This document shows, one piece after another, positions 1-10,516 of a stretch of 64,000 nucleotides of DNA (within the stretch, counting starts at the first letter, position 1; each line of letters begins with the position of its first letter). Source of the stretch: Promethearchaeota archaeon. Lineage in GTDB: Archaea; Asgardarchaeota; Lokiarchaeia; Sigyniarchaeales; SOKP01. The translations under genes and the position numbers were made by a program. The stretch is from contig JBHLPW010000004.1 of assembly GCA_048939015.1 (NCBI GenBank), positions 1 to 64,000 on the forward strand, read 5' to 3'. The notes under the pieces were generated by a model. It was not told where the DNA came from. It ran no database searches and worked only from the letters and a program-made list of their open reading frames with translations.

Positions 1-73
1 TATATTTACTGTTCTATTTCCATTTCAAAATATAATTATTGTAAAACAAAAAATTACTTTTAAGTGATATGAA

Positions 74-784
74 TTGAGTTCTAGACATGAAGAACATATA
101 GTAGGCGGCGGGAAAATTCGAAGTGTTATCTTAGGGTTAAACGATGGATTGATTTCAACATTCACGTTATTAGTTGGAGTAGCAGCTGCAACTTTAACCA
201 CATTAGGTAGCAATTCAATTGTAATTTTAACTGGATTTGCAGCTATGGTCTCCGGAGCAATTAGTATGGGACTTGGCGAGTACATATCAAGCAAATCTGA
301 GTATAATTATATTAAAAATGAATTAAAAAAGGAAAGAGCTGAAATTGAACTTTTTCCTAATGAGGAAAAAGAAGAGGTTCGGGAGATTTTCGAAAATATG
401 GGTCTTGAAGGAGATACATTGAATGCATGTGTAGAAAAGATCACTTCAAATAAACAAGTATGGTTGGATTTTTTAACAAAAAGTGAGTTAGGATTAGAAG
501 AACCTGAAAATCCAATAGTAGGGGCAATATTAACTTTTCTTTCGTTTGTATTTGGGTCGTTTTTAACTTTGTTTGCCTATTTTTTTAATTTAGGTACAAT
601 ATCATTAGTTTTATCTTCAATAATCTCGTTCTCAATGTTGTTTATCGTTGGTGCTTGGAAAACTAAAATCACAGGAGAAAATAAACTTAGAAGTGGATTA
701 GAAATGATCGTAATTGGAATTGTTGCCTTCATTGCATCTTATAGTATTGGAACTCTTCTTGAGCAGTTAATTACCACTGTATAA
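74..784 (+). CDS. VIT1/CCC1 family iron/manganese transporter
   Basis: IRSVILGLNDGL, SGAISMGLGEYIS, Glu-rich cytoplasmic metal-binding segment and about 5 TM helices typical of VIT1/CCC1; TTG start. Confidence 0.92.
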   Translation: MSSRHEEHIVGGGKIRSVILGLNDGLISTFTLLVGVAAATLTTLGSNSIVILTGFAAMVSGAISMGLGEYISSKSEYNYIKNELKKERAEIELFPNEEKEEVREIFENMGLEGDTLNACVEKITSNKQVWLDFLTKSELGLEEPENPIVGAILTFLSFVFGSFLTLFAYFFNLGTISLVLSSIISFSMLFIVGAWKTKITGENKLRSGLEMIVIGIVAFIASYSIGTLLEQLITTV

Positions 785-797
785 GAATTAAAATTCC

Positions 798-1364
798 TTA
801 AATTTCTTTAAAAAATTTCTGAGTATGATCACAAATAGGACATACTGATGGAGGAACACCAAACTCTACGTTTCCGCAAATCTGACAAACAAAAATCTTC
901 TGATTATCAATAATTTCTTCTTTTTCGAGTTTTTTTAAATAACTACTAAATATTTCAGCGTGAACTTTCTCTGCCTTTCTTGCTAGTGAAAAAGACAACT
1001 CCGCTACTTCAGTTCCCTCTTTTTTCGAATTTTTAATAAAATTTTTATACATTTTTTTCGTTTCATAAGTTTCACCATTAATGGCATCAACTAAATTTGA
1101 TATTGTGTTTTTAACATTACTTCTTAATAATTCCTCATTCACTTCAACAAACTCTTCCAAATTAACATCTGATTTTGCAAGAACTGTAAGTGCTCGTACA
1201 TGATTCTTAATATGAATTGCTTCTGCAGAAGAAATGGCTTTAAATAAATGAGCTATTTCAGGAAGATTTTCTTCTTTTGCTTTCTCTGCATATAATTCAT
1301 ACTTTCGCTTAGCAATACTTTCTCCATTAATCGCTTCTTTCAAATTTTCAACAACTACTGACAT
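798..1364 (-). CDS. rbr: Rubrerythrin
   Basis: NLKEAINGES, EAIH, GETYETKKMY, EKVH diiron ligands plus C-terminal rubredoxin CxxC...CPIC. Confidence 0.93.
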   Translation of the reverse strand: MSVVVENLKEAINGESIAKRKYELYAEKAKEENLPEIAHLFKAISSAEAIHIKNHVRALTVLAKSDVNLEEFVEVNEELLRSNVKNTISNLVDAINGETYETKKMYKNFIKNSKKEGTEVAELSFSLARKAEKVHAEIFSSYLKKLEKEEIIDNQKIFVCQICGNVEFGVPPSVCPICDHTQKFFKEI

Positions 1365-1798
1365 CTTTCTCTCAAATTAATAAAAAATAAGCTTATAATA
1401 TGAATATTATCTCTAAAAATTAAAAATTAAGATTTTAATTTTTTAAAAAAATTTTTATCTAGGAATACTTAATCTTAAAATCTTCGTGGATATAGCCTCC
1501 GTTGTCTTAGAATTTATAACAAATAATAAATGGGATTATTTTATTATTCTTTTTAAGTTTATATCAAATCATCATTTTTTTACATTCTACTTACCTATTT
1601 ATAATTCTTTTTTTTTTATTTTTTATTTATCTATAATTATAGTATTATCCCATTGAACTGATTAGCTCTTTTGACGATTATGTCATATTTCTTAGAATGC
1701 TTTATAATTATTAAATTATTAATTATAGACAATTAAATTAACTTACAAGAAAAGAAATTAAAGAATAAATCTATCAAAAAATAAAAAGGTGTAAGAAT

Positions 1799-3265
1799 AT
1801 GGGTGAAAGTAAAAGTAACATAGTTGGAATTTTAGCAATTATTTTGAGTGCTGCGGGATTAGGACTTGGAGGGTATGTATTTATAAGCGATTTAATTGTT
1901 GGAGAAATCCAAGGTCCTCCAGGACAAGATGGTCAAGATGGAGTAGACGGAGTAGACGGAATAGATGGTATGGATGCTCCAGGTTATTATTGTGCTTCAG
2001 CTTTAGAGCTTCAACAAACTTTAGATTCTATTGGTGATGCAAGTGGTGTAATTACAATAACAAATGATATAGCACTATATGGACAGATAAATATTAGCGG
2101 TGGAGGGACTTATGTAATTCAAGGGCAAAGTCCAGCTATAACTATTCATTCTGAAGGTGATTGGATGTCATTTAATATCTCGAATGCTCTTTATTGTAGA
2201 ATTCAAAATTTAATATTAAATATTACAGATGTAATAACAAATTCGAAGGCAATAATTAACATAGAGGAAAATAATAATAATCCAGTTTACATTGAGAATA
2301 TTCAAATTTCACGAGATTCAGGTACCGCTGGTAGAGGAATAAATATATTATCAGATGATGTAAGAGTTAAGAATTGCTATATGAATCAAATTTATAATGC
2401 TATCTACCAACCTACTGGTGGTGGTAATTATGCAGAAATTTCTGATAATGTCATTTCTGGTTGTGTTTCATATGCAGTGTCAGTTAATGGAGATTATAAT
2501 AATATTCATAGCAATAAATTTGAAGCTTGTTCAGATTTTGCAATATATTTAGGCAGTAGTAGTGATTTTAATACGATCACTGATAACCTCCTTAATAATA
2601 CTGATCGTGGTATTGAACTTTCATTTTCTAGTAATAATACAATAATAAGAAATGAAATATATTCATTATCGGGTTTTCCTGCTATTTATATATTTGGTGC
2701 AGGCAGTCAAGACAATATTGTATCAGAAAATCATATTAGTGGTACACCCCAAGCTGGAATTAGTTTAAATGGTTACTATAATATTGTCACTAGTAATCAC
2801 ATTTCATACGCTCAATATGGGATATATGCGGGTATTACGGGTGGGGATAATGTACTCACAGAAAACTCTATTCAGAACTGCGATTCAGGAATATATGTGA
2901 CGAGACCTTATACTTCTATAACAGGTAATTATGTTAAGGATGTTTTTTATGGTGGAATTACAGTGATCAGTAATGGTGATAATTCGGTTATTTCGGGAAA
3001 TATTGTCAGAAATTTAGCAGCGAATTATTCTGGTAATCGATATGGTATTTATATTAATACACAATACTGTACTATTAGTGGAAATGGAGTTTATTCATGC
3101 TATAACGATGATGCTAGCAATGATGCATATGGATTTGGAATTGGAGCAGATGGAGATAATTGTATTATATATGGTAATGTTGCTTATGATAATGATTTCA
3201 GTTTTTATCTTGATGCTGGAGCTTTAAATGTTATAGGAGGCGCTACGACTAATCAATTCCCCTAA
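1799..3265 (+). CDS. Membrane-anchored surface protein with short collagen-like stalk and right-handed parallel beta-helix (NosD/pectin-lyase-like) repeats
   Basis: N-terminal TM helix, GPP-(G-X-D)6 triplets, then many GIxL...NxIxxNxI beta-helix rungs. Confidence 0.8.
   Translation: MGESKSNIVGILAIILSAAGLGLGGYVFISDLIVGEIQGPPGQDGQDGVDGVDGIDGMDAPGYYCASALELQQTLDSIGDASGVITITNDIALYGQINISGGGTYVIQGQSPAITIHSEGDWMSFNISNALYCRIQNLILNITDVITNSKAIINIEENNNNPVYIENIQISRDSGTAGRGINILSDDVRVKNCYMNQIYNAIYQPTGGGNYAEISDNVISGCVSYAVSVNGDYNNIHSNKFEACSDFAIYLGSSSDFNTITDNLLNNTDRGIELSFSSNNTIIRNEIYSLSGFPAIYIFGAGSQDNIVSENHISGTPQAGISLNGYYNIVTSNHISYAQYGIYAGITGGDNVLTENSIQNCDSGIYVTRPYTSITGNYVKDVFYGGITVISNGDNSVISGNIVRNLAANYSGNRYGIYINTQYCTISGNGVYSCYNDDASNDAYGFGIGADGDNCIIYGNVAYDNDFSFYLDAGALNVIGGATTNQFP
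1913..1975 (+). repeat. 9-bp tandem repeat encoding Gly-X-Y triplets (GPP GQD GQD GVD GVD GID GMD)
   Basis: ggacaagat ggtcaagat ggagtagac ggagtagac ggaatagat ggtatggat read directly. Confidence 0.85.
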
Positions 3266-3364
3266 TATGAATACAAGTCGCAAAAAATTACCACTAGAAG
3301 TCAAAATTAAAGAACTAATTTTACTAAAATTTTTTTTTGCTTTTTAATAAACAAAGTACTGCAA

Positions 3365-5155
3365 TCAGGTTTTATATAAGGTTCTGTTTAACTCACATAT
3401 ATTTTTTATATCCATTTTTATTACTTCACGATCATATGTGAGTAAACCATTAATTTCTTGCTCGATATCAGTAATTTGAGTGTATATAGCTGCACTTAAG
3501 TCCTTTTTAATTAAAATTTTGAGCTGTAAGATTAAATTCTCATACTTCTTCAGGAGTTTATATTGATCTGGAAAATTTCTATAGACGAATTTTCTCTTGA
3601 ATTTCCACATATGCTCTTTAATTTCAAGACCTAATCCTCCAAATTCTCCAACGACTGCTGCTCTTCCTTTAAGATTTTTTGGCATTTTTGGATTAGGATA
3701 ACTATGGACATCTATAATATCTCCTACTCCCTTGTCAAAATAACCACTAGCACTGTCGATTAGTCGTGAAGAATCTAAAATTCGAATTTTTTCAACAACC
3801 TTCTTGGTATCAAATTGTCCCCATCCCTCATTAAATGGAACCCAAACAACAACAGCGGGAGAGTTATAAAGAAAATTAATCATAGATTCTAATTCATTAT
3901 AAAATTTAATTTTATCAGGTTGCTTTCGTTTTCCTTTAAATCTTTTATCAGATGTGAGTTTCCATTTTAATTCTTTAAATAAAGTCCATTGTTCTCCACT
4001 GGGCATATCTTGCCAAACTAAGATACCCAATTTATCACAATGATAATACCAACGGGCAGGTTCCACTTTAACATGTTTTCGAATCATATTAAAGCCAAGT
4101 TCTTTGGTAACCTCAACATCATATCTAAGGGCATCATCAGTTGGAGCAGTATAGAGTCCATCAGGCCAATATCCCTGGTCAAGAGTTCCATATTGAAACA
4201 GAGGAGTATTATTTAATTCAATTTGCTTGATTCCGTTATTACTTGTACCCAGTGAAATTTTTCTCATACCAAAATAGCTTTCTACTTTGTCTAAGATAGC
4301 ATCATTTCTCTTGATTTCAATTATAATATCATATAGAAAAGGAGAATGTGGACTCCAAAGTTTAGGTGATGGAATATTAATCGGAATATCACAGTCAGTG
4401 GTTTCCTGTTCAATCTTAGTTTGATTTTCTTTCTCAGGAATTATAATATGTATTCTATCATTCGGTTTTAAATTCCCTACTTCAATTGTTAACTCTAAAC
4501 TCTCCTTATCTATGTTCGGTACCATTTTTAAATTTTTAATATAAGTATCTGCAACAGGCTCAAGCCAAACAGTCTGCCAGATTCCTGAAACAGCAGTATA
4601 AAATATTATTTTCGGGTTTAGAGATTGTTTACCCTGTCCTTGATACCCTTTATCAGTAGGATCCCAAACAGAAAGTTTTATATCATTCTCTTGTGATCCA
4701 TTCAGAAATTCAGAAATTTCGAAATGAAAAGGAATATATCCTCCTTTATGGGTCCCTACTAACTTCTTGTTAATCCAAACTGTTGTTTCCCAATCAACAG
4801 CACCAAAGTGTAAGAGAATTTTTTTTCCCTTCCAAGATTCAGGAATCTTAAATTTGCGACGATACCATAAGTGTTGTTCAGGTTGTAATTTCCTTTTAAC
4901 TCCAGATAAAGCAGACTCTATGGGAAATGGTACAAGAATTTTCCCATCGAAACTCTCAATATCAGTTTGCTCTTTCGGACGGATAGCGTAGTCCCATAAG
5001 CCATTCAAATTCAACCATTCTTTACGTTTAAGTTGTGGTCTTGGGTAATCGGGTAGTGGATCTTCTGGATTTATTTCGCTTACCCATCGAGTCATTATTT
5101 GACCTGTTACAGGTTTCCAGGAAGAATTTTTACTCTCATTCATAAAATAAATCAT
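3365..5155 (-). CDS. Glycoside hydrolase family 2 (beta-galactosidase/glucuronidase-like)
   Basis: YPRPQL, LNLNGLWDY, LHFGAVDW, SGIWQTVWLE, GFNMIRKHVK, PFNEGWGQ (acid/base), GEFGG (nucleophile). Start is likely ATG 5155 or 5143 rather than 5224, which overlaps the upstream gene. Confidence 0.9.
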   Translation of the reverse strand: MIYFMNESKNSSWKPVTGQIMTRWVSEINPEDPLPDYPRPQLKRKEWLNLNGLWDYAIRPKEQTDIESFDGKILVPFPIESALSGVKRKLQPEQHLWYRRKFKIPESWKGKKILLHFGAVDWETTVWINKKLVGTHKGGYIPFHFEISEFLNGSQENDIKLSVWDPTDKGYQGQGKQSLNPKIIFYTAVSGIWQTVWLEPVADTYIKNLKMVPNIDKESLELTIEVGNLKPNDRIHIIIPEKENQTKIEQETTDCDIPINIPSPKLWSPHSPFLYDIIIEIKRNDAILDKVESYFGMRKISLGTSNNGIKQIELNNTPLFQYGTLDQGYWPDGLYTAPTDDALRYDVEVTKELGFNMIRKHVKVEPARWYYHCDKLGILVWQDMPSGEQWTLFKELKWKLTSDKRFKGKRKQPDKIKFYNELESMINFLYNSPAVVVWVPFNEGWGQFDTKKVVEKIRILDSSRLIDSASGYFDKGVGDIIDVHSYPNPKMPKNLKGRAAVVGEFGGLGLEIKEHMWKFKRKFVYRNFPDQYKLLKKYENLILQLKILIKKDLSAAIYTQITDIEQEINGLLTYDREVIKMDIKNICELNRTLYKT

Positions 5156-5159
5156 GAAA

Positions 5160-5750
5160 TTATCTTTTTTTCTTAGGAAAGTACATTCCTGTTTGGTTTT
5201 TATATTCGATATAGGGTTTTCCATATCGAATCACTAAATCTTTTTCTTCTGCTTTACAAAACCAATGAAATAATGGGAACCATACGATTGAATATAGAAA
5301 AAGAAACGGAGAATTTAAAAGTAATGCCACTACCCACCAAATGAAAACTTCTCCAAGTGCTTGAGGGTGACGTATTTTATTATATATCCCTCCATAAAGA
5401 GTATGCTTTTTATCAGGAAGAAGAGCTTCTGTTCCAGCATCCTTAACTCCCTTAAGCATAATATATAAACTTGGGACTAGAATTAAAAGACTAAGAATAA
5501 TAGAAATCCAATAATCCCAAATAAAATAACGAGAGATAGAAATTAGCAGAGGAAAAAAGAAATACATAATGTAATTTATAACAGCTATAAATTCAAAAAT
5601 AGTCGCAATAATTCGATAATTTCCACATTTCCTATACGCTTTCTCACCTATCTTTTGTTCTAATTTTGCTGGACCAGCACTGCTAATGTAAAAAAATGTC
5701 ATTAGAACAGTTGAGAGAATTAGGATTGAAAAATTAATCCATTCTATCAT
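5160..5750 (-). CDS. Isoprenylcysteine carboxyl methyltransferase / PEMT family membrane methyltransferase
   Basis: GIYNKIRHPQ and EEKDLVIRYGKPYIEYK motifs; multiple TM helices; ATG 5750 preferred over TTG 5771. Confidence 0.8.
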   Translation of the reverse strand: MIEWINFSILILSTVLMTFFYISSAGPAKLEQKIGEKAYRKCGNYRIIATIFEFIAVINYIMYFFFPLLISISRYFIWDYWISIILSLLILVPSLYIMLKGVKDAGTEALLPDKKHTLYGGIYNKIRHPQALGEVFIWWVVALLLNSPFLFLYSIVWFPLFHWFCKAEEKDLVIRYGKPYIEYKNQTGMYFPKKKR

Positions 5751-5764
5751 AACTTCTACATAAA

Positions 5765-6787
5765 TTAACAATAATATAAAAGTTTTCCCTTTCTTTCAAT
5801 AATCTTAACTTTTCCTTCTGCTTCAAGATAGAACAGATGTCCTAACACTTCTGAAAGCGCCATATATGAATTCATCTCATCTAGATCCTTTCCAAAGTGA
5901 ATTTGAGAAATTCTATAGGCTGTCATAGGATTATCTTTAATCAAACTTGAAATCTCTTTTAATCTATTTTTATGATGTTCTTTAATTTCTAAAATTCTCT
6001 CGTGGGGATTATAAATAATCTCTTGATGCGCTGGGAAAATTATCTTAGGTTTTAAATTATCAATTTTATCCAATGATATTAAATAATGCTTTAGGATATT
6101 TTTAAAATCATCATCCTTATATTCCTCTGCTAAGTGTTTAGGAACAACAAAATTGCCGATATGAGGTGTAATTCGGCTTAGAATATGATCCCCTGAAAAA
6201 AGATACTTTTTTTTTTCGTCGAAGATACATATATGTCCAAAGCTGTGTCCGGGAGTCCAAATAATCCGTAAATTGTTAAATATAACCTCACTATCATGTA
6301 ATTCAATATCAGGTTTTTGATATTGTAAAAATCGAGGCCAAAAAGTAAAAAATTGGATAATCTTATCTCCTTGTTCTTTACTTATTCCATATTTGATAAG
6401 TTGATCAGCAGTTTCTCTCGCTTGGATTTTTAATTCATTTAGATTACTATTATCTGTTTGCCATTTTAAAAGTTCATGAGTAATATCATGCATTAAGATT
6501 TTAAGCTCAGGGTTTTTCTTTTTAAGTATTTTTACCAAGCCGATATGATCCGTATGGATATGGCTAATAATGCAATAATCAATATCTTTTATTGAAAGAT
6601 TCATTTGTTCAAACGCAGAAAAAAGCTTTTTCTTCCAATTACCCATATTCAATCCAGAGTCAATAAGAATTTTCTTCCCTTCTAACTCAAAGAGGTAAAG
6701 ACATACATATTTGACTGCAAATGGAACATCTATCTTAATTCGATAGATCCCTTCAATTTCATTTATCTCAGATTTAAAATTAGACAA
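5765..6787 (-). CDS. MBL-fold metallo-hydrolase with C-terminal winged-helix
   Basis: LIDSG, SHIHTDHIG, TPGHSFGH, SGDHIL, PAH motifs. Confidence 0.9.
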   Translation of the reverse strand: MSNFKSEINEIEGIYRIKIDVPFAVKYVCLYLFELEGKKILIDSGLNMGNWKKKLFSAFEQMNLSIKDIDYCIISHIHTDHIGLVKILKKKNPELKILMHDITHELLKWQTDNSNLNELKIQARETADQLIKYGISKEQGDKIIQFFTFWPRFLQYQKPDIELHDSEVIFNNLRIIWTPGHSFGHICIFDEKKKYLFSGDHILSRITPHIGNFVVPKHLAEEYKDDDFKNILKHYLISLDKIDNLKPKIIFPAHQEIIYNPHERILEIKEHHKNRLKEISSLIKDNPMTAYRISQIHFGKDLDEMNSYMALSEVLGHLFYLEAEGKVKIIERKGKLLYYC

Positions 6788-6957
6788 TGTCAGTTGTGTT
6801 TGATATTTTTAATTAAAAAAGAAAATTAATGACAATTTTAGTACTTTCTGCTTTAATATTGAGACAAGATTAGACAGAAAATTATATATTTTAAACTTAG
6901 AGAAAATTTTTATCAATAGTCAACAAATATTCTCCTTTTCAGATAACACTGCCAGAA

Positions 6958-7569
6958 ATGAATGAATTAGTAAAACTCTCAAAAAAGCATATACAACCAG
7001 CTAGTGAAGTATTGTCAAGAGCATTTCAAAATGATCCGGTTCTTCGGTGGCAAATCCCAGATGCAAATAAAAGATTTGCACAAATTCATAATTTCTGGAA
7101 ACTCTCAGTACGTATTGGGATTAGATATGGTGAAGTTTATGCGACTTCAGAAAATTTAGAGGGTATCGCAATTTGGCGTCCACCGAAAAATGTCAATATT
7201 TCTTATTGGACATTTATAAGACATGGGGGATATAGAATCCCATTTAAGTTTGGAGTTGATACAGCAAAAAGAATATCATTTTTTCAAGCGGTCAATAATT
7301 CTATAAGAGGCATATACATGAAAGATCCATATTGGTATTTGGATGTAATAGCTGTAGATCCAAGATATCAAGGACAAGGTTTTGCACGTATGCTAATGAA
7401 CCCAATGTTAAAACGTATAGACAAAGAAAAATTACCAATTTGGGTGGAAACTAATTTGAAAAGAAATGTAATATTTTATGAGCATTTCGATTTTAATATA
7501 CTTGAAGAAATAATTATCCCTGATACTGACATAGTCAATTGGTTTATGATTAGACATAATGAGAGTTAA
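6958..7569 (+). CDS. GNAT family N-acetyltransferase
   Basis: WYLDVIAVDPRYQGQGFA (motif A) and NVIFYEHFDF. Confidence 0.88.
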   Translation: MNELVKLSKKHIQPASEVLSRAFQNDPVLRWQIPDANKRFAQIHNFWKLSVRIGIRYGEVYATSENLEGIAIWRPPKNVNISYWTFIRHGGYRIPFKFGVDTAKRISFFQAVNNSIRGIYMKDPYWYLDVIAVDPRYQGQGFARMLMNPMLKRIDKEKLPIWVETNLKRNVIFYEHFDFNILEEIIIPDTDIVNWFMIRHNES

Positions 7570-7608
7570 TATTATTAAAATAAAAAAAGAAAAAGAATTA
7601 GTTAAAAA

Positions 7609-8379
7609 TTATTCTTCTGTCCATCTGTATCCACTTAATGATAATAATATTACATTTGTTCCATAAAATATCCAAATTATATTAAAAATAAGGTCTGAAA
7701 TGACTCCAATTTGGATATTATAAATTGCTCCAACAATTTCTGTGAGTAACCAACATGTTATAGCTATAAAAATGAACCATGCATTTAGCGGAGGATATAA
7801 TTTATTTCTAATTGTTTCATATGCAATCCAAGTTGAAATTCCTAGAAAACCTGCATAAAATGCAGCTATTTCAAGCTGTCCTACTCTCATAAAACCTGGA
7901 ATAAGAGGAATGAAAATTACAATTATTATTGCGTAGATCACTAAGAGAGGGAGAATTTTAGATATTAAACTTCTTTCTTTTGATTTTAAATACTCAAATC
8001 CTTTTCCATGACGCCAAATCAAAACTATATGCGCTAAAATTGACAATACTCCTCCAATCAGAAAAACTATTAGTTCAATAGAAGGATTAGGTGCAAATCT
8101 TACTATACTCATAGATATATCTGTAGGAATGATAAAAAAATAAGATAATGTCAAAAGTTTTTTGTCTTTCTCATCTAGGGCATTTTTCCCAATCGAGAAA
8201 ACAACAATTCCAGTAAGGATTGAAACCATTGGCTTCATAATTGCTGAATAAATAGATTGATATCCCTGAAAAAAAGCTATCCAATCTGCTATCATGAAAC
8301 TTATCATTATAACAATACAAATAGCTACTATGATTAATACCAGATTTCGCTTCTTCTTTCCAATAACAGAGTATTCCAC
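7609..8379 (-). CDS. Polytopic membrane protein, possibly YhhN/lysoplasmalogenase-like
   Basis: About 8 TM helices; KP in TM2, D in TM3 and H in TM4 loosely resemble YhhN; GTG start. Confidence 0.45.
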   Translation of the reverse strand: MEYSVIGKKKRNLVLIIVAICIVIMISFMIADWIAFFQGYQSIYSAIMKPMVSILTGIVVFSIGKNALDEKDKKLLTLSYFFIIPTDISMSIVRFAPNPSIELIVFLIGGVLSILAHIVLIWRHGKGFEYLKSKERSLISKILPLLVIYAIIIVIFIPLIPGFMRVGQLEIAAFYAGFLGISTWIAYETIRNKLYPPLNAWFIFIAITCWLLTEIVGAIYNIQIGVISDLIFNIIWIFYGTNVILLSLSGYRWTEE

Positions 8380-8478
8380 ATTCTTTAACCTTGCAAAGTT
8401 TGTGAATATTAATTAAATGAAAAGAAGAATAAAATAAATGCTCTTCGATCTTAAACATAAGAAATAAATAAAAAAAAG

Positions 8479-9279
8479 TTAAAATTTAGTTTTTTTCTGA
8501 AAAATTAGAATACCTAATAAAGTGAAACCAATCGTAAATGCAGCTACAATTAAAATTCCCCCTAATAAAGTAATCGGAAGTGCTTCTGCACTCACTCCTA
8601 TTAATGAACTACTATATAAACTGTCATTTAACTCATGACCAAGTACAGTAAGTTGGAGAAATATTTGTTTAGCCCAAAAAGGAGGCATAAAATAAACAAT
8701 TGGACTTTCAAATGGCATTAAACTTCCTGAAAGAAAAAGTAGTACCATGAATACTAATAATGAAAAGGCATTTGCTACTTCGACATTTTTCGAAACACTC
8801 GCAATCATAATCCCCAGGCCAACTGCAGATATTCCAAATAAAACAGCTATTAAGAATCCAAAAAGTAGTTCTAAGGGCCCTTCAAAATATAAACCTAATA
8901 TTATGTATCCAAATATAAACATTATTATTATTTGAAGCATTAAGAAAAGTGATTCAGAAATCAATGCACCTAAAAAAATATTCTTCCTACCAGTTGGCAT
9001 TGTATCCAAACGATTCAACATCCCAGATTTTTTCTCATTAGCAAACATAATAGCAGCATTCATAGTTCCTATTCCTATAGCATAAATAATCATTCCTGGA
9101 AAACCATAATCAAAATAACTTCTTCCAGTAAGATCCTCTTCTGTACCAAACATATAATAAAACATGATAGTAAACATTATAGGTAATAGAAGAGAAAAAA
9201 ATAAATATTGCCAATGTCGTAGCTTATCCTTAAGATTCTTAATCGCTATTTGAACAGCATTATTTTCTATAATAATCAT
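8479..9279 (-). CDS. ABC-2 type exporter permease
   Basis: FPGMII, EKKSGMLNRL, LSGSLMP; 6 TM; directly downstream of the ABC ATPase. Confidence 0.9.
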   Translation of the reverse strand: MIIIENNAVQIAIKNLKDKLRHWQYLFFSLLLPIMFTIMFYYMFGTEEDLTGRSYFDYGFPGMIIYAIGIGTMNAAIMFANEKKSGMLNRLDTMPTGRKNIFLGALISESLFLMLQIIIMFIFGYIILGLYFEGPLELLFGFLIAVLFGISAVGLGIMIASVSKNVEVANAFSLLVFMVLLFLSGSLMPFESPIVYFMPPFWAKQIFLQLTVLGHELNDSLYSSSLIGVSAEALPITLLGGILIVAAFTIGFTLLGILIFQKKTKF

Positions 9280-9280
9280 T

Positions 9281-10252
9281 TTAGTCTCTTAACCTCCTTC
9301 CTGTCAAATTCAGAAATACGTCTTCTAGTGAATTTTGTCTAAACTTCATATTATCAACTTTATCGAAATTTTCGATTAATCCTTGTTGAAGAATATTAAC
9401 AAGGTTTTTTAAACCTCCTTGAAAAGCAACTAAAAGCCTTTTTTCTCCCTTTTTATTAATCTCATTCCAATTGGCAACAGATTCCAAATTTTTTATATTA
9501 GTTTTCACCAATTCAAGATCATCCTGTTCAATGAAAGATACTTCTAATACATTATCGCTACCATATTTTTCTTTTAGTTCTGCAGGAGTTCCTTCAGCTA
9601 TAATTTTACCTTGATCTATAATAGCAATATGGTCGCTCAAAGAATCAGCCTCAACCATATCATGTGTCATAAGAATAATTGTTATATTCTGATCTTTTAG
9701 ATCCCTAATAAAATCCCAAACAAGACGTCTTGCTTGAGGATCAAGACCCGCTGTAGGCTCATCAAGAAATAAAATTTCAGGTTCGAAAACTAAAGCCATT
9801 GCTAGATTTAAACGGCGTTGCATACCCCCTGAGAAGTTTTTAGACCAATCCTTTCTTCCTGATATCCCAAAATCTTCTAAAAGTTTTCTTGTTTTCTCTT
9901 TTGCTTCTTTACGAGGAATACCATGCATTGCAGCTACAAACTCAACATTTTCTTCCGCTCTTAAAACTTCATAAATTGTAATATCCTGTGGACATACGCC
10001 AATTTTCTTAACTATTTCATTTTTTCCATTTAAAATACTAAATCCATTAACATACGCATCACCAGCAGTAGGAGTTAAAACAGTGGTCAACATTCGGACT
10101 AAAGTAGTTTTACCAGCGCCATTTGGTCCGAGAATGCTAAATAATTCCCCCTTTTTAATTTTTAATGATACTCCATCTACAGCTTTAACTTCCTTAAAAT
10201 GTTTTTTAAGATCTTTTATCTCAATTGCAGTAGAATCTTCACTTAAACTCAT
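9281..10252 (-). CDS. ABC exporter ATP-binding subunit (DrrA-like)
   Basis: GPNGAGKTT, FSGGMQRR, LFLDEPTAGLD, THDM, C-terminal SLEDVFLNLTG. Confidence 0.95.
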   Translation of the reverse strand: MSLSEDSTAIEIKDLKKHFKEVKAVDGVSLKIKKGELFSILGPNGAGKTTLVRMLTTVLTPTAGDAYVNGFSILNGKNEIVKKIGVCPQDITIYEVLRAEENVEFVAAMHGIPRKEAKEKTRKLLEDFGISGRKDWSKNFSGGMQRRLNLAMALVFEPEILFLDEPTAGLDPQARRLVWDFIRDLKDQNITIILMTHDMVEADSLSDHIAIIDQGKIIAEGTPAELKEKYGSDNVLEVSFIEQDDLELVKTNIKNLESVANWNEINKKGEKRLLVAFQGGLKNLVNILQQGLIENFDKVDNMKFRQNSLEDVFLNLTGRRLRD

Positions 10253-10516
10253 AATTTCATACTCATATTGGTTTTTCTCATAATTTTAAATTTAATATAT
10301 TGACAAAAAAGAATATAATAAAAAATCTGGAGTCCAAATTTTGAATTCCATATTCTTTAATTTATCAATATTTTTCTTCAAATTTTAATATCAGAGTGGA
10401 AATAATTTTAGTAAAAAATTCTTTACTTAATAGAACTTTGAAAATGTTATTCAAATTATCAATTCAGAGTGGATTTTGCATAAAATCTAAAAAATCTCAA
10501 TTTTTAATTACAAAAC

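Noticed and set aside
1365-1798. Long AT-rich intergenic region as a replication origin or ncRNA
   Set aside because: No ORB-like repeats, no adjacent cdc6/orc1 and no convincing stable structure; only low-complexity A/T tracts.
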